A DNA stretch of 64,000 nt, taken from NCBI RefSeq assembly GCF_009914755.1, contig NC_060925.1, one strand, 5' to 3'. This document shows positions 1 to 13,865 of the stretch, in pieces. The notes beneath the pieces were generated by a model. The model saw only the letters and a list, made by a program, of their open reading frames with translations, ran no database searches and was not told where the DNA came from. Both the position numbers and the translations under genes were made by a program. Each line of letters starts with the position of its first letter. Within the stretch, counting starts at the first letter, position 1. This stretch comes from the human T2T-CHM13v2.0 reference genome, Homo sapiens.

Positions 1-580
1 CATTTTAAGGCCTAGGGGATGACCCAAAGAAGAAAGCTATAGAAATGTGCGTATCACCCAGCATGGTTGCCTTCTTTTAAGGGTCAAATCAACTTTTGCC
101 TGCTTTTGCTTGCTCTGCAATATCTTCATTCAGTTTTGTTTTTCTTCAAATTTTGTCCAGAGTGTAGAAGTGTTGTCTGCACAAGGGTTGATCTTACACA
201 GGCTACTCCAACATTACTGTAACCAGAACTCCATCAGAAGAGTTTGTGCTTTTATTACTGTTTTTGATATTAATGAAGAGCCTTCTTCTCAAAGAGGTGG
301 AGGTCACTGATGAATATATTAAACCAAGATGTTTGTTTTTAAAGCACCTACCTCCTTTGTTAGTTAAAAATTGAGATTTTAGAATAAAACAAGCCTAGAT
401 TGAAATCTTTGATTTTTTTTTTCCCTCTTACTAACTTAGGACAAATTTCTTAACATGTTCCAGCTTAGTTGTCTTATTATAATGAAAATGATAACATTAC
501 TTCTTCAAGAAGTAGTTGAGGCCGTTTTTGTAAATCATTTAACCAATGTATCATCAATCCTTTTCATCAAGAATTCAAGT

Positions 581-1051
581 GCTCCACGTATATTTATTGC
601 GGCACTATTCACAATAGCAAAGACTTGGAACCAACCCAAATGTCCATCAATGATAGACTGGATTAAGAAAATGTGGCACATATACACCATGGAATACTAT
701 GCAGCCACAAAAAATGATGAGTTCATGTCCATTGTAGAGACATGGATGAAGCTGGAAACTATCATTCTCAGCAACTATCGCAAGGACAAAAAACCAAACA
801 CCACGTGTTCTCACTCATAGGTGGGAATTGAACAATGAAAACACATGGACACAGGAAGGTGAACGTGACACACTGGGGCCTGTCATGGGGTGGGGGGAGG
901 GGGGACAGATAGCATTAGGAGATATACCTAATGTAAATGATGAGTTAGTGGGTGCAGCACACCAACATGGCACATGTATACATATGTAACAAACCTGCAC
1001 GTTGTGCACATGTACCCTAGAACTTAAAGTATAATAATAATAAAATAAAAA
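581..1051 (+). mobile_element. 5'-truncated LINE-1 3' end (L1PA4-like)
   Basis: ORF2 C-terminus (FIAALFTIAKTWNQPKCPSMIDWIKKMW), L1PA 3'UTR, A-rich tail. Flanked by 12-bp TSD AAGAATTCAAGT (569-580, 1052-1063). Confidence 0.95.
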
Positions 1052-1289
1052 AAGAATTCAAGTTCTCAAATTTCCATATTTCTGCCCCATAAAATATGGA
1101 ACAAATAACTTTTCTCTGAATAAATATTAATATATTTACAGATTTTTAATTTTTAAAAACTTTAACTTTAGTATTGCTTGTTTTTACATATGGAGAATCT
1201 TTACTGTCTATTGTTATCATCCCTACCACCAGCATGCACACATGCTCTAATATCTTTCAATATTAAAGTATATATGTATAAAATCACCC

Positions 1290-2102
1290 TAGTGGCACTT
1301 CCCCAAACAGTTACAACTCCATTTCTCTACTTTCCTTCACAGTGAGCTGCCACAGAAAGAATTGTCTATTTTGTCTACTTTTGCTATCTTCACTTCCTCA
1401 ATTCCCATCATCTTTTAACCTACTCTAGTCATGCTTTTTCCCTCACCTTCTGCTTACTGCTGTCCTTGGGGACAACAGTGACCTGAAGGTTGCCAAAAAC
1501 AATGGTCAATTCTCCTTTTACTGACCATTCACCACCCCTTTCTCCTGGAAATACTCTCTTCACTTAGATTTCCAAATACTACTATCTACCTGCTTTCCTC
1601 TTGCTTCACTGGAGACCCACTCCTGATGGCTCTGTATCACCTATCTAACTTCTAATTACTGAAGTGGTCCAGCACTCAGTCCTCAGCCAGCTTCTCTAGA
1701 TACACTTACGTCCTAAGCAATCTCAATTAGATCCACGGATTTATATCCCATATATACTCTAATGACCCCCAACTTTTCTGACCACCTCTTTTCCTTTGCC
1801 CTCAAGCCTCACCTCTCTTAGTAATCCACATCTAGGTAAATAGCACTATGAATGCTGGAAATCATTATTGACTTTTCTTCATATCTCATATGATAAATTC
1901 ATTTCATTAGCACATCCTGTTGGCTCTATTCTCAATTTATATCCCAAGTCTTCATCACCACCTCCATCTCTATCACTCTTTTTCAAGCCACCATTATTTC
2001 ACATCTGAACAACTGAAATAATCACTTTAATGTCTCTGTTTCCATTCTTGTTCCCATAAAAAACTTTTCTTTTCATAGCGCCCATAAATAAGTGTAAATC
2101 AG
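1290..2102 (+). mobile_element. L2 (L2a-like) fragment, 5' part, interrupted by THE1
   Basis: Degenerate pyrimidine-rich L2 motifs (gttgccaaaaacaatggtcaattctc, ctcctggaaatactctcttcacttagatttcca). Continues at 4356. Confidence 0.7.
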
Positions 2103-4355
2103 TGTAATCATCCATTTTCACACTGCTGATAAAGACACACCTGAGACTGGGAAATTTACAAAAGAAAGAGATTTAATGGACTTACAATTACATGTGGCTA
2201 TGGAGGCCTCACAATCTTTGCAGAAGGTGAAAGGCATGTCTCACATGGTGGCAGACAAGAGAAGAGAGCTTGTGTAGGGAGACTTCCATTTTTAAAACCA
2301 TCAGATCTCGTGAGACTTATTCACTATCACGAGAACAGCATGGGAAAACCTGCCCCCATGATTCAATTACCTCCCACTGGGTCCCTTCCACAACACATGG
2401 GAATTCAAGATGAGATTTGGGTTGGGACACAGCCAAACCATATCATTCCATCCCTGGCCCCTCTCAAATCTCATGTTCTCACATTTCAAAACCAATCATC
2501 CTTCCCAACAGTCCCCCAATGTCTTAACTCATTTCAGCATTAACTCAAAAGTCCACACTCCAAAGTCTCATCTGAGACAAGGCAAAACCCTTCTGCCTAT
2601 GAGCCCATAAAATCAAAAGCATGTTAGTTACTTCCTAGATACAAATGAAGGTACGGGCATTGGGTAAATACCGATGTTCCAAATAGGAGAAATTGGCCAA
2701 AACAATGGGGCTACAGGCCCCATGCAAGTCCGAAATCCAGTGGGGCAGTCAAATCTTAAAGCTCCAAAATTATCTCCTTTGACTCCATGTCTTACGTCCA
2801 GGTCATGCTGATGCATGAGGTGGGCTCCCATGGCCTTGGACAGCTCTGCCCCTCTGGCTTTCCAGGGTATAGCCCCCATCCTGGCTGCTTTCAGAGGCTG
2901 GCATTAAGTGTCTGTAGCTTTTCCAGGCACATGGTGTAAGCTGTTGGTAGATCTACCATTCTGGGGTCTGGAGGATGGTGGCCCTCCTCTCACAGCTCCA
3001 CTAAGTGATGCCCCAATAGGGACTCTGTATGGGGGCTCCAACCCTACATTTCCCTTCTGCACTGCCCTAGCAGAAGTTCTCCTATGAGGGCCCTGTCCCT
3101 GCAGCAAACTTCTGCCTGGGCATCCAGGTTTTTCCCTACATCCTGTGAAATCTAGGTGGAGGTTCCCAAATCTAAATTTTTGATGTCTGTGCACCTGCAG
3201 GCTCAACACCACATGGAAGCTGCCAAGGCTTGGGGCAGGCACCCTTTGAAGCCACAGCCTGAGCTCTATGTTGGCTCCTTTCAGCCATGGCTGGAGTGGC
3301 TGGGATGCAGAGCACAAAGTCCCTAGGCTAAACACAGAATGAGGACTCTGGGCCTGGCCTATGAAACCATATTTTCCTCCTAGGACTCCCAGCCTGTGAT
3401 GGGAGGGGCTTCCATGAAGTCCTGTGACATGCCCTGGAGACATTTTCCCCATTGTCATGGTGAGGCTCCTGGTTACTTATGCAAATTTCTGCAGCTGGCT
3501 TGAATTTCTCCTCAGAAAATGGGATTTTCCTTTCTATTGCATTGCCAGGCTGCAAATTTTCTGAACTTTTATGATGTTTCCCTTTTAAAACTGAATACCT
3601 TTAACAGTACACAAGTCACCTCTTGAATGCTTTGCTGCTTAGAAATTTCTTCTACGAGATACCTTAAATCATCTCTGTCAAGTTCAAAGTTCCACAAATC
3701 TCTAGGGCAGGGGCAAAATGCTGCCAGTCTCTTTGCTAAAACATAACAAGAGTCACCCTTGTTCCAGTTCCCAACAAGTTCCTCATCTCCATCTGAGACC
3801 ACTTCAGTCTGGACTTTATTGTCCATATCACTATCAGAATTTTGGGCAAAGCCATTCAACAAGTCTCTAGGAAGTTCCAAACTTTTTCACATTTTCATGT
3901 CTTCTGCTGAGCCCTCCAAACTGTTCTAACACCTGCCTCTTTCCCAGTTCCAGTCACTTCCACATTTTTGGGTATCTATAGCAGCACTCCACTCTCCTGG
4001 TACCAATTTACTGTATTAGTCCATTTTCATGCTGCTGATAAAGACATACCTGAGACTGGGAAATTTACAAAAGAAAGAGGTTTAATGGACTTACAGTTCC
4101 ACGTAGCTCGGGAGGCCTCACAGTCATGGCAGAAAGTGAAAAGCACATCTCACATGGTGGCAGGCAAGAGAAGAGAGCTTGTGCGGGGAAACTCTCATTT
4201 TTAAAACCATCAGATCTCATGAGACCCATTCACTATCACGAGAACAGCACAGGAAAGACCTGCCCTCATGATTCAATTACCTCCCACTGAGTCCCTCCCA
4301 CAACATGTGGGAATTCAAGATGAGATTTGGGTTGGGATACAGCCAAACCATATCA
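2103..4355 (-). mobile_element. Full-length THE1 (THE1A-C type) MaLR element: LTR 2103-2445, internal 2446-4011, LTR 4012-4355
   Basis: Two direct-repeat LTRs ending ...cagccaaaccatatca (reverse complement of TGATATGGTTTGGCTG). THE1-int ORF remnants on the minus strand. 5-bp TSD atcag/gtcag. Confidence 0.95.
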
Positions 4356-4912
4356 GTCAGATCACATCTTTCTCCCTTTCAAAGCCTTCCAATTATTTCC
4401 CAATGCATTTTGAGTAAAATCCAAATTGTACATTTAAGGTCCCAAATGATCTAGCTCCCGCTTGACTCTCCCACCTCTTTCATTCTTTCCCTGATTACTC
4501 TACTTCAGCCATTCTTGCTCTGTTTAAAATGTGCCAAGCTTGTTTCCACCTTGGATCTTTGCACTTACTCTTCCCTCTCCTTGGAACATCCTTCCTTTGG
4601 GTCATATCACGGTTTGTTTCTTCCCTGCCTTCTAAATTCTGCTTAAATTGAACCTCCTTGTGTGAGGCCTTTCTGATGCACTCCATCCTAAGCAGGTTCT
4701 CACACAACCATATATTGTTACCCTCATCCTTTATCCTGCCTTGTTTTTCTTCATAGCACATATTACTTCCTGAATTTACACTATGTATTTCTTATTTACT
4801 TATTATATGCTCCCCCACTAGAACATCAGTGCCTTGAGAACAGGAGTGCTGTCTTATGTTATTGCTGCATCTCCAGGCCCTAGGATAAAAGCTCAATAAA
4901 GATTTGTTGATT
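4356..4912 (+). mobile_element. L2a 3' end
   Basis: Typical L2a terminus: cactagaacatcagtgccttgagaacaggag...gctcaataaagatttgttgattg. Confidence 0.75.
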
Positions 4913-5009
4913 GTGAGATGATATTTAGATATAGTTTTCTCATTGTTTGGTCTAATTACCTACTAATTAACTAAAATGAGAAAATATCTCTACTTTTGCA
5001 AAACAGAGT

Positions 5010-5468
5010 TGTCAAAAGACAAAATTTCAAAAAATTGAGTTTAAAGATCTAATTGGCTTTTATTAGTGATTTCATGAATTGGCCAGCATTCCATCTATAA
5101 AAATAGACAGATGCTCTGCTGGGCATAACAGAACAATCAGTTTTTATAAGGTAGCTTGAACAGGAACAAGGAAAGAGCATAATACAAAAAAAGTGAAGTG
5201 GTTAACATCGAGTTAGTTAGGTTTCTTTCCTAATAAGGGTTAAAGCAGAGGGGACTTCCTTACCATGCTGGCTCAGGTTGACTGGGCCCTTTTTGACCAG
5301 CTACTGGAAATCTCCTGTTTTAGGAAAAACTGGTCAGTTTAGGGATTTTCCTGCTTCACTTTGATTATGTGTCACTTAGCCTGAGTGACTGCATTTTGGT
5401 TCAGTCTGTTGGGGTCTAGTGGAGGAACTGAGTCCAAAACAATGACCTCCTATAAATTTTATTCAGCA
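5010..5468 (-). mobile_element. Solo ERV1 LTR, MER31-like
   Basis: Starts tgtcaaaagacaaaat..., ends ...tccaaaacaatgacctcctataaattttattcagca. TG...CA termini; 4-bp TSD gagt/aagt. Confidence 0.7.
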
Positions 5469-6443
5469 AAGTTTTGTTGTGTTTTATATTCTCAACTGCT
5501 AAACGGTATTAGAAAACATCTTGAAGAGCAAACCTATTTAGCCTAAGAAATAAACATATGATTTTTTTTTGTTTCCTGTAAGGAACGCTAATGTCAAGTA
5601 CAACTTCCATGAACTTCTTGTTTGGCTCTTTGCCCTTCAAATGAAAGGATATAGGGAATTTTCTACTTTTTCGGTTCACATTGTACTTCTTGTTTTCATA
5701 AATGCTGAATTCATTCTGCAATCTGCCCATGAAGCATTAATATGTTAACTGCCTAATCAGTGGATTTGCCACAAGACTTTCAGGTTTAATTAAATAGGAC
5801 TTATCCAGTCTACTCAATGTGAAAGCTTCACTTAAGAATCTGTAATCAACTTATCTAAATCTGAATTATTATAGGGCCCCTTCTTATATTTAACTTCATG
5901 TACATAGGTTTGGATTTAGCTTATCATTTAAAAATGATCTGAGGATGTGAATTGCTTTTTTATTGATGTACTTGATAATATACATATCAGTGTTAATTAA
6001 CATTAGAAAGGGAAGCACTAGATTATAGCTAACATTAGAAAGACAAGCACACTATTGTATCATAGTGAGATACTTTTCTAAATATAAGTTCCTAATTCAT
6101 TGTAACTTTGATGGTATTAATATATTTTTCTGAGTAAATGATAACAAAATATGGATGGATACTCTTTCTCCATGCAGGTAATTGAACTTAGAAACCCTTA
6201 CTCCAAGATGTCTCAATGGGCATACAGGTGAACCTTATGTGGTTTATTCCAAGAGAGAATAATATTTCAAATCATAGTTTCTATGTGTTGAAAACACACT
6301 GGCTTTAGAGTTAGAAAGCTCTTAGATGAGATTCTAATTTCACCTTTTTCTCTGTGTCATTGATATATTGTCTGTATCTAACATATTAACTCTGTTCACA
6401 GTTTTAAAATATAAATGTTTGTTTTTCTGATGATAAAAGTAAT

Positions 6444-6956
6444 TGTGATGGTTAGCACTGAGTGTCAACTTGATTGGATTGAAAGATACAAAGTATTGAT
6501 CCTGGATGTGTCTGTGAGGGTGTTGCCAAAGGAGATTAACATTTGAGTCTGGGGGCTGGGAAAGGCAGACCCACCCTTAATCTGGGTTGGCACAATCCAC
6601 TCAGCTGGCAGCTCGGCTAGAATATAAGCAGGCAGAAAAATGTGAAAAGAGAGACTGGCCTAGCCTCCCAGCCTACATCTTTCTCCCATGCTGGATGCTT
6701 CCTGCCCTTGAACATCAGACTCCATGTTCTTTGGTTTTGGAACTTGGACTGGCTCTCCTTGATCCTCAACCTGCAGAGGGCCTACTGTGGGACCTTGTGA
6801 TCATGTGAGTTAATACTTAATGATACTTTACTTAATAATGCTTAATAAACTCCCACATATATATCCATAACTAATGGAATATATATATATATGTGTGTGT
6901 GTGTATATATATATATTCCATTAGTTCTGTCCCTCTAAAGAACCCTGACTAATACA
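6444..6956 (+). mobile_element. Solo MLT2A2 (HERV-L) LTR
   Basis: TGTGATGGTTA...gtgtcaacttgattggattgaa... to ...gaaccctgactaataca. Perfect 5-bp TSD GTAAT (6439-6443, 6957-6961). Confidence 0.92.
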
Positions 6957-7129
6957 GTAATACGTGGCCATTATAGAAAAATTTGGAAAAAACAACAAAG
7001 AGAGAAAATTGTATTGAGTCTAAAACCCCCAAGTAACTAGAATTAGCCACAGTTGCTGCTTATTTATCAATCCATACATTCTTATGTTGTTAAAATATGC
7101 TAATATCTTAAATTTTCATTATGCATTAT

Positions 7130-7690
7130 ATCATATTTCCTGACCTATGTTGGTAATAAGAAGTTCCATAAACATTTTTAGGACTACATAATTCTTCATG
7201 GCATATATATGCCATAATATAACTGCATTATCCCCTAATATTTGACAGTTTGGCTCTAAATTTTAGATAGTCTAAATGATATTGAAGTAAGTAATTTTAT
7301 GAATAGATTTTATCAACAGTTTTGATTATTTATTTAGAAGATACTAATAAATTAAAATACTGAAAGAAAGCATCTTGTTACATACTGCTAAACTACATTT
7401 CAGACCAGTCCTACTAAATTATACTTCTAACAAGATTGGATGAGAGGGCTCATCTCAACACATTGTCATGAGGACTATCACAAAAAAAGTTGTGCAAATG
7501 TGCTGGATAGCAGCGATGTCATGTTACTTTATTCTGATATATATTTATAAAATAAAGATATTTCTATTTTATTTAGTTTTCCGTTTAATATAATATTGGT
7601 CTTTTGACCATTTAGCTATTAGAAACCCTTTTTCTTATAATTTTATAAGAGTTCTTTTTGTCAAGAATATTAAACCTGTTTCATTTTTTC
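7130..7690 (-). mobile_element. Highly diverged L1M(E) fragment
   Basis: Degenerate similarity to the antisense L1 3' region (actgctaaactacatttcagaccagtcctactaaattatacttctaacaag). Boundaries approximate. Confidence 0.45.
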
Positions 7691-7944
7691 CTCAAATACA
7701 TATATCAACAATTTGTAGAATGTGTACTGTGTTAATCACTTAGCAAAACAGAACAATTACTTATCAATGAGTGTAGCTGTAACTGGAAGAATAAAGTTAG
7801 TCTTTTTACCTTCTTCAAATAGAAAATTCTTAACTAAGAATTTAACTAAATTATTACACACCAAATTAATTTTTAATTGCATAGAAAGGCACAGCCTTTA
7901 AGTGAGATTTGCTCTTCACTGGGTCCCTTTCTTTTCCCCATAGG

Positions 7945-8624
7945 TATTGCCGGCTTAAAATCATGAGATCTACAAATTTGGAAAGGATAGCTTTTTTTCT
8001 AACAAAGGATTGGAGCCTACAGTGTAGCCTCTAGTAGAAAATGAAAGCAGGCACTTCCAGGCAGAAAGGGTGAGACAACAATTTATGCTGAATGGGTTGT
8101 CTAAGCATACATATTCAACAGGTTAAGGGAGAAGCTATGAATATTCATGAAGGGGGCTCCTGCGTGATAGTAAGCAAGCATGCATGTTATATATATCTCA
8201 TATTCACTTTGGAGTGGAGACTTAACATTTAAATGTGTTAAAATTAGGCTATGTCAAAGATGAAAAGAAAGACATCGGTTTCCTATGCACAGCTCCATGG
8301 ATTGGCCAGAACCATTCTGTGGTTGGCGGTCTCTTATCAGGAAGGAATGCTAGTCAGTTGTGTTAAAACCGCAAAAAGGGAGGAGAATATGGCTGCAGCA
8401 TCAGGCAGTTGGTTGGAATCAGCAGTAAGGAAAGTCTTTTGAAAGGGTTGGTTTCTGTTTAATGCTGAAGAAAGAAAGTCTAATAGTGGTTAAAGAGGGA
8501 GAGGGTGTAACAAGGGAGACTTGTCTGACCTGCTGGGAACTCAGTTTTTAAGGTTTCTCTAGGGCCCCTTAGCCAAGAAGGAGTCCATTCAATTTGGGGC
8601 TTAGAGTTTTATTTTTATTTCCCA
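7945..8624 (-). mobile_element. Solo ERV1 LTR, MER39-like
   Basis: ggcttaaaatcatgagatctacaaatttggaaagg... and ...gggaactcagtttttaaggtttctctagggccccttagccaag...ggggcttagagttttatttttatttccca. Confidence 0.75.
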
Positions 8625-8852
8625 GTTGAAGGAGCCCAATTTTGAAAGAGTTTGAGCATTAAGGGGATTTGAGAATGAAGGAAAGCAATGAAATTTGTAC
8701 TGTAAAATAATGTAAATTACTAACTCTAAAGTGAAAAATACACTTTGCAAATTTTGAGACAGTTAAGACTATCCTTCTATTTCTCCTGTATGGTGCACAC
8801 CGTACAGTCTCTGTGAATTCATATTTTACTTGGAATGCATGTGTATGCCTCT

Positions 8853-8872
8853 GTGTGTGTGTGTGTGTGTGT
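8853..8872. repeat. (TG)n microsatellite
   Basis: About 10 TG units read directly. Confidence 0.9.
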
Positions 8873-9826
8873 CTGTTTGGCTAAATGCTTAATGTGAAAC
8901 TTTCCCTATTAGTCTGTAATCAACTTATCTAGACCTGAAACATGATATGACCCTTTATTAATGGGAATTCATAAAAATAAACAGACATCCTTGATTTACA
9001 TATTGGTAAGAAAAATCTTGAAAGGGCTAAATTTGGAGTGCCCAGCTACTTTCTCTCCACCTGGCTTGTTGTGTGGGACTTTGGTGTTAACAACTATCCC
9101 TGAATGTCCTGCTGTGGCCTCCCAGAAAGAATTACCCTAAGATGAATAACTAAATTGTATGACTATGACATTTCCCTCATTTAAAAAAAATGAGAATTCC
9201 ATGGTGGAGGATAGAAGAAAGTATCTTCAAGGGAGTTAAAATATAAAGTTAAGGGGAGCAGATTAGGAATTGAGTCTTGCAGGTGAACAGAGTTCCTCTG
9301 AAGGTTTTGACTACCTGGTTGCTGTTTTCCCTAAACCTTAGAAAAAGTTGTATTTAGCATATAGTATCACCACTTCAATACCATCTACAACCTTTGTGGT
9401 AGTACCATGGAGGACAAGGAGACAGGGTAAGAGGGACATGTAGCCTACACCACATGAGTCCTTGTGTGGCTCGTGTATGGAGGGTAACGAGCATCCTGTT
9501 GAAGGTTATCTAAGGGCTCCAGAGTGTGATCAGCAGTCACATGAATGTGCTCCAAGGAGGAGCATAAGACATTAAGATACTCTGCTGACTAGATGTTTCT
9601 CTAAAAAAACCTTCATTAAGGAAAATCTCTTCTTCCTCTACATATGCTGGTGAGAGGTCAGCCTTTAGAGATGGGAGAGGGGTGTGGGGCTAGTAGAGAG
9701 ACTTGAGATATGCATGTTTATACCTGCATAGAACTGTTGACAGTTCTGGTAGGGTATATCCTCTGTATCACTCAGATTTGTTTTTTACAATAAACATTTA
9801 TTAATTTAGCAATTTAGAAGTATATT

Positions 9827-10118
9827 ATTCCTGTAATCCCAGCACTTTGGGAGACCAAGGCAGATCACTTGAGGTCAGGAGTTTGAGATCACCCTGGCCA
9901 ACACAGCAAAACCCCATGTCTACTAAAAATACAAAAATTTGCCACACATGGTGGTACATGCCTGTAATCCCAGCAACTCGGGAGGCTGAGGCACAAGAAT
10001 CGCTTGAACCCAGGAGGCAGAGGTTGATCCAAGATCGTGCCACTGCACTCCAGCCTGGGTGACAGAGCAAGACTCTGATTCCAAACAAAAAAATAAAATT
10101 AAATTAAAATAAGATACA
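9827..10118 (+). mobile_element. 5'-truncated AluS
   Basis: Begins at cctgtaatcccagcactttggg; dimeric body and A-rich tail. 12-bp TSD TAGAAGTATATT (9815-9826, 10119-10130). Confidence 0.95.
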
Positions 10119-10739
10119 TAGAAGTATATTGTAAAGTAAATCATATATTTCCTCTAGCTTGTTGCCCTCTTTTGAAACTTGCTTTGTAACTACAATAGTC
10201 TTCTATATGGTATTTTTATTGTTTTTTTGTGATTTCTTGTATTACATTTAAGTTTTTCGTATGCACTGATCAAAATTTTAGTTCATATTTATGGTTATAT
10301 GGCCTGCTCGGTGCCCTATGGAGAGTAAAACATGCAGTGAAGTACCATCTGGGATCTGTCAAATGATGCATTTAAAAGTCGTCTTAGCAATGCAGGATAA
10401 AATAAGAAAGATTTTAAGAAGTAGACATTTGTGATTATAATTAATGGGTTTTGGTTGTACTCCAGTGACCCTATGGCCCCAAAGTGCAGCGAGGGGCCAG
10501 CGCTACCCAATGGAAGATATTTTAAGGGCAATCTTAGAAAGTTCTTTGTCACACAAATTGGGCTGCCCCTTAAGAAAAGGCCTCTGACTTGCAGAAGCTG
10601 AACTTAGAAAATTGAAACTCTGGGCACTCAAATCTATTATCAATTGCTTCTTAGTTGTCTACCAACTCAAAAGGTTTGTTATTTGGAATAGAAATCAAAG
10701 TAAAAGAGGCAGCGGAACTCAGAAGTTAGCTTAGATTAT

Positions 10740-10786
10740 GAGAAAAACAACATTTTAGGAGAAAAACAACATTTTAGAAGAAAAAC
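10740..10786. repeat. 19-bp tandem duplication (GAGAAAAACAACATTTTAG x ~2.4)
   Basis: Identical copies at 10740-10758 and 10759-10777, plus a partial third copy. Confidence 0.9.
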
Positions 10787-12115
10787 TTTGTTCCAACTAT
10801 ACATTCTGCAGAGGGACCTCCTGTTTCTCCGACCATATGCGTCATTGCAAAATTTATGAGACTTCTCAGATCTGAGGTCGAACATTTTCCTGCTACCTTA
10901 TAACTCTTCCTACCTTGTTCTTGCCTTTTATTTTCCTTTCTTATGGCTTCCTTTCTATTTTTGTTTCTTTTTGTTTTCATTTTTGCTGTTACTGTTTTTT
11001 ATGTTGCTATTCCTTTTCCTTTCCCCTCCCACAATCTATTTCTACACCATAACTAGCAGTGTTCCTCCCTTTCTAATACTCCCTCTTTTCCTGTTTTTAT
11101 TCTGGTTCTTACCCATTGAGTTTCAATGTAAATTCCCTCCTCTAATGTTCAAATTTTATTGTCAGTGTTTTTATTGTTGAGCCATCACTAAAACCAAATC
11201 TTCCTGGTTATTTTTGGACTGTAGGTTTGGCTGTGTCAGGCACTTTTTGCCATCAAATGAAAGTATTTCTAGTCATCTGTCAACGAGAAAGCAATCTCAG
11301 GACCCACTACTATAAGTAGGGCTGTAATTTCTTGCATTCATTATCGGAAAGATTTGATGTTTATTTAGAACTTCTATTAAAACTTCAGGTTTTTGATAAA
11401 TAGGTCTATTTCTCTTTCCCATGGGAACTGATAGCCCTAGTAAATAATTAGTTTTATTCTGCTTGATAATATATGAAGTAGAATCATATTTGATATTCAT
11501 AGAATAGATACAGCTTGTACCTAAATGTACAGATCAAAACTTTACTGATTAATCAAAATAGTAATTGCTCAAAAAGAGTAAAGTTTTTTCTTGAATGATA
11601 TCATTATTTGACCAGTTTTCCCTTGCAAGCTACTCCAGTTTATGTGTGCATATATCTCTAAATCAAAGTCAACCCAATTCCTACCCTCTTTGCTTTGTCT
11701 ACTTTAAGTGCTTCCATAGGTTGTCTGTAATGGATTTCTGCTCCTGGTCACATGAGCTCCTTTTAGCCTGAAGTATTAGTGACAGGCTTTATAAAGAAGG
11801 AGTCCCTCTATTCTCATCATCAATACTCTCTTCCTTAATACAATTTTGGTCTTATTTTATTCATAAAAGCCAAATAAAATTCTATCTCCTTGCTACTTGT
11901 TTTAAAACCTATCTTATGACCTTGATGTAACCAAACAGTCCCAAAGAATATCACTCTGAAAAACCTCTTGGCAGTATAATATTGAGATGCCAATCTAAGT
12001 TTTATTTTACCCTTATTTTCCTCTTTCCCTTCCCTCTATTCAGTCAGATAAGACTCCAGACTTCTTTGCCCCAGTGGAGGTTTATGACTGGCCATTTCTT
12101 TCCAACTTCTTAAAC

Positions 12116-12442
12116 CAGATCTCAAACCAGACACCTCAGAGCTAAATTAGGTCCACAGATATGTTTTATTGGGTTCATGTTGATTTTTTAAAAACTTGAA
12201 CCAACATTTAATAATTTGGCACATTTCACATAGATATCTGGATTTCTGACTTATCTTAAAAATTAGAAGATGTAGCCACACTAGGCTGCTGTTTTCACCT
12301 GGGCACAAGAAGCCAGAGCTGAGTAGAGGCTGCAGCCTTAGGGGGGTTTCACATTCTCCAGTTCTCTTAGTTTCCACCACCATCCTTTCCTTCACTCGCT
12401 TATGTTACTTGCCTTGGCCCCGTGGGCACCGCTTGACCCTTG
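12116..12442 (+). mobile_element. MER102-like hAT-Charlie DNA transposon
   Basis: Matches recalled MER102 motifs (atttcacatagatatctggatttctgacttatcttaaaaattagaagatg; gagctgagtagaggctgc; cttcactcgcttatgttacttgccttggcccc). Confidence 0.7.
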
Positions 12443-12544
12443 ATTTAAACCCACTGAGGAGATACACTATGTGCCTCAGAGGGAGACACCTTAAGAAAAG
12501 ATAGTTTACATTCACAGGCAGAGACTGTTTTGAAGAAACATCAT

Positions 12545-13494
<950 letters not shown>

Positions 13495-13544
13495 AATCTG
13501 ATTTCTTTTAAGGAATAATTTCCTACAGTGTGCAGCTGTTATTA

Positions 13545-13865
13545 ATTTTTAAATCTTTTTTCAATTGTGAAATATAGCACACACAGGAAAAAATGTATAA
13601 AACACATATGAAGAGTTTATCAAATAACCATAAAGCGAAGATCATGCCTTTCCCATCTAATCAAGAAATAGAACACTGTCAACTCCCAGAAGCACTCCTA
13701 GTTTGTGTTCCTTCTGAGGCATGACAGCTTCTTCCCACAAGAGTAACCACCATCCTAACATTGAGAGTATTCAATTACCTGATTTTTTAATAGTACTGCT
13801 TAACAATGCATCCCCACACAATATAGTTTACTGTTGTCTCTTATTAAATTTTGTGTAAATATCAT
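13545..13865 (-). mobile_element. Old L1M (L1ME/MC-like) 3' end
   Basis: caattgtgaaatatagcacacacaggaaaaaatgtataaaacac...tcaagaaatagaacactgtcaactcccagaagc...gagtaaccaccatcctaac. Confidence 0.6.

Noticed and set aside
47-310. 87-aa ORF at the window start
   Set aside because: GTG start, no recognisable homology, no convincing splice pair; consistent with chance.
2628-3880. Several minus-strand ORFs up to 184 aa
   Set aside because: Fragmented THE1 internal ORF remnant, or off-frame readings of it.
10483-10503. CTCF-like gcagcgaggggccagcgc
   Set aside because: Mismatches at key core positions; too weak without a matrix score.
10971-11180. Hydrophobic 69-aa ORF resembling a membrane peptide
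   Set aside because: Artefact of a T/C-rich low-complexity tract.
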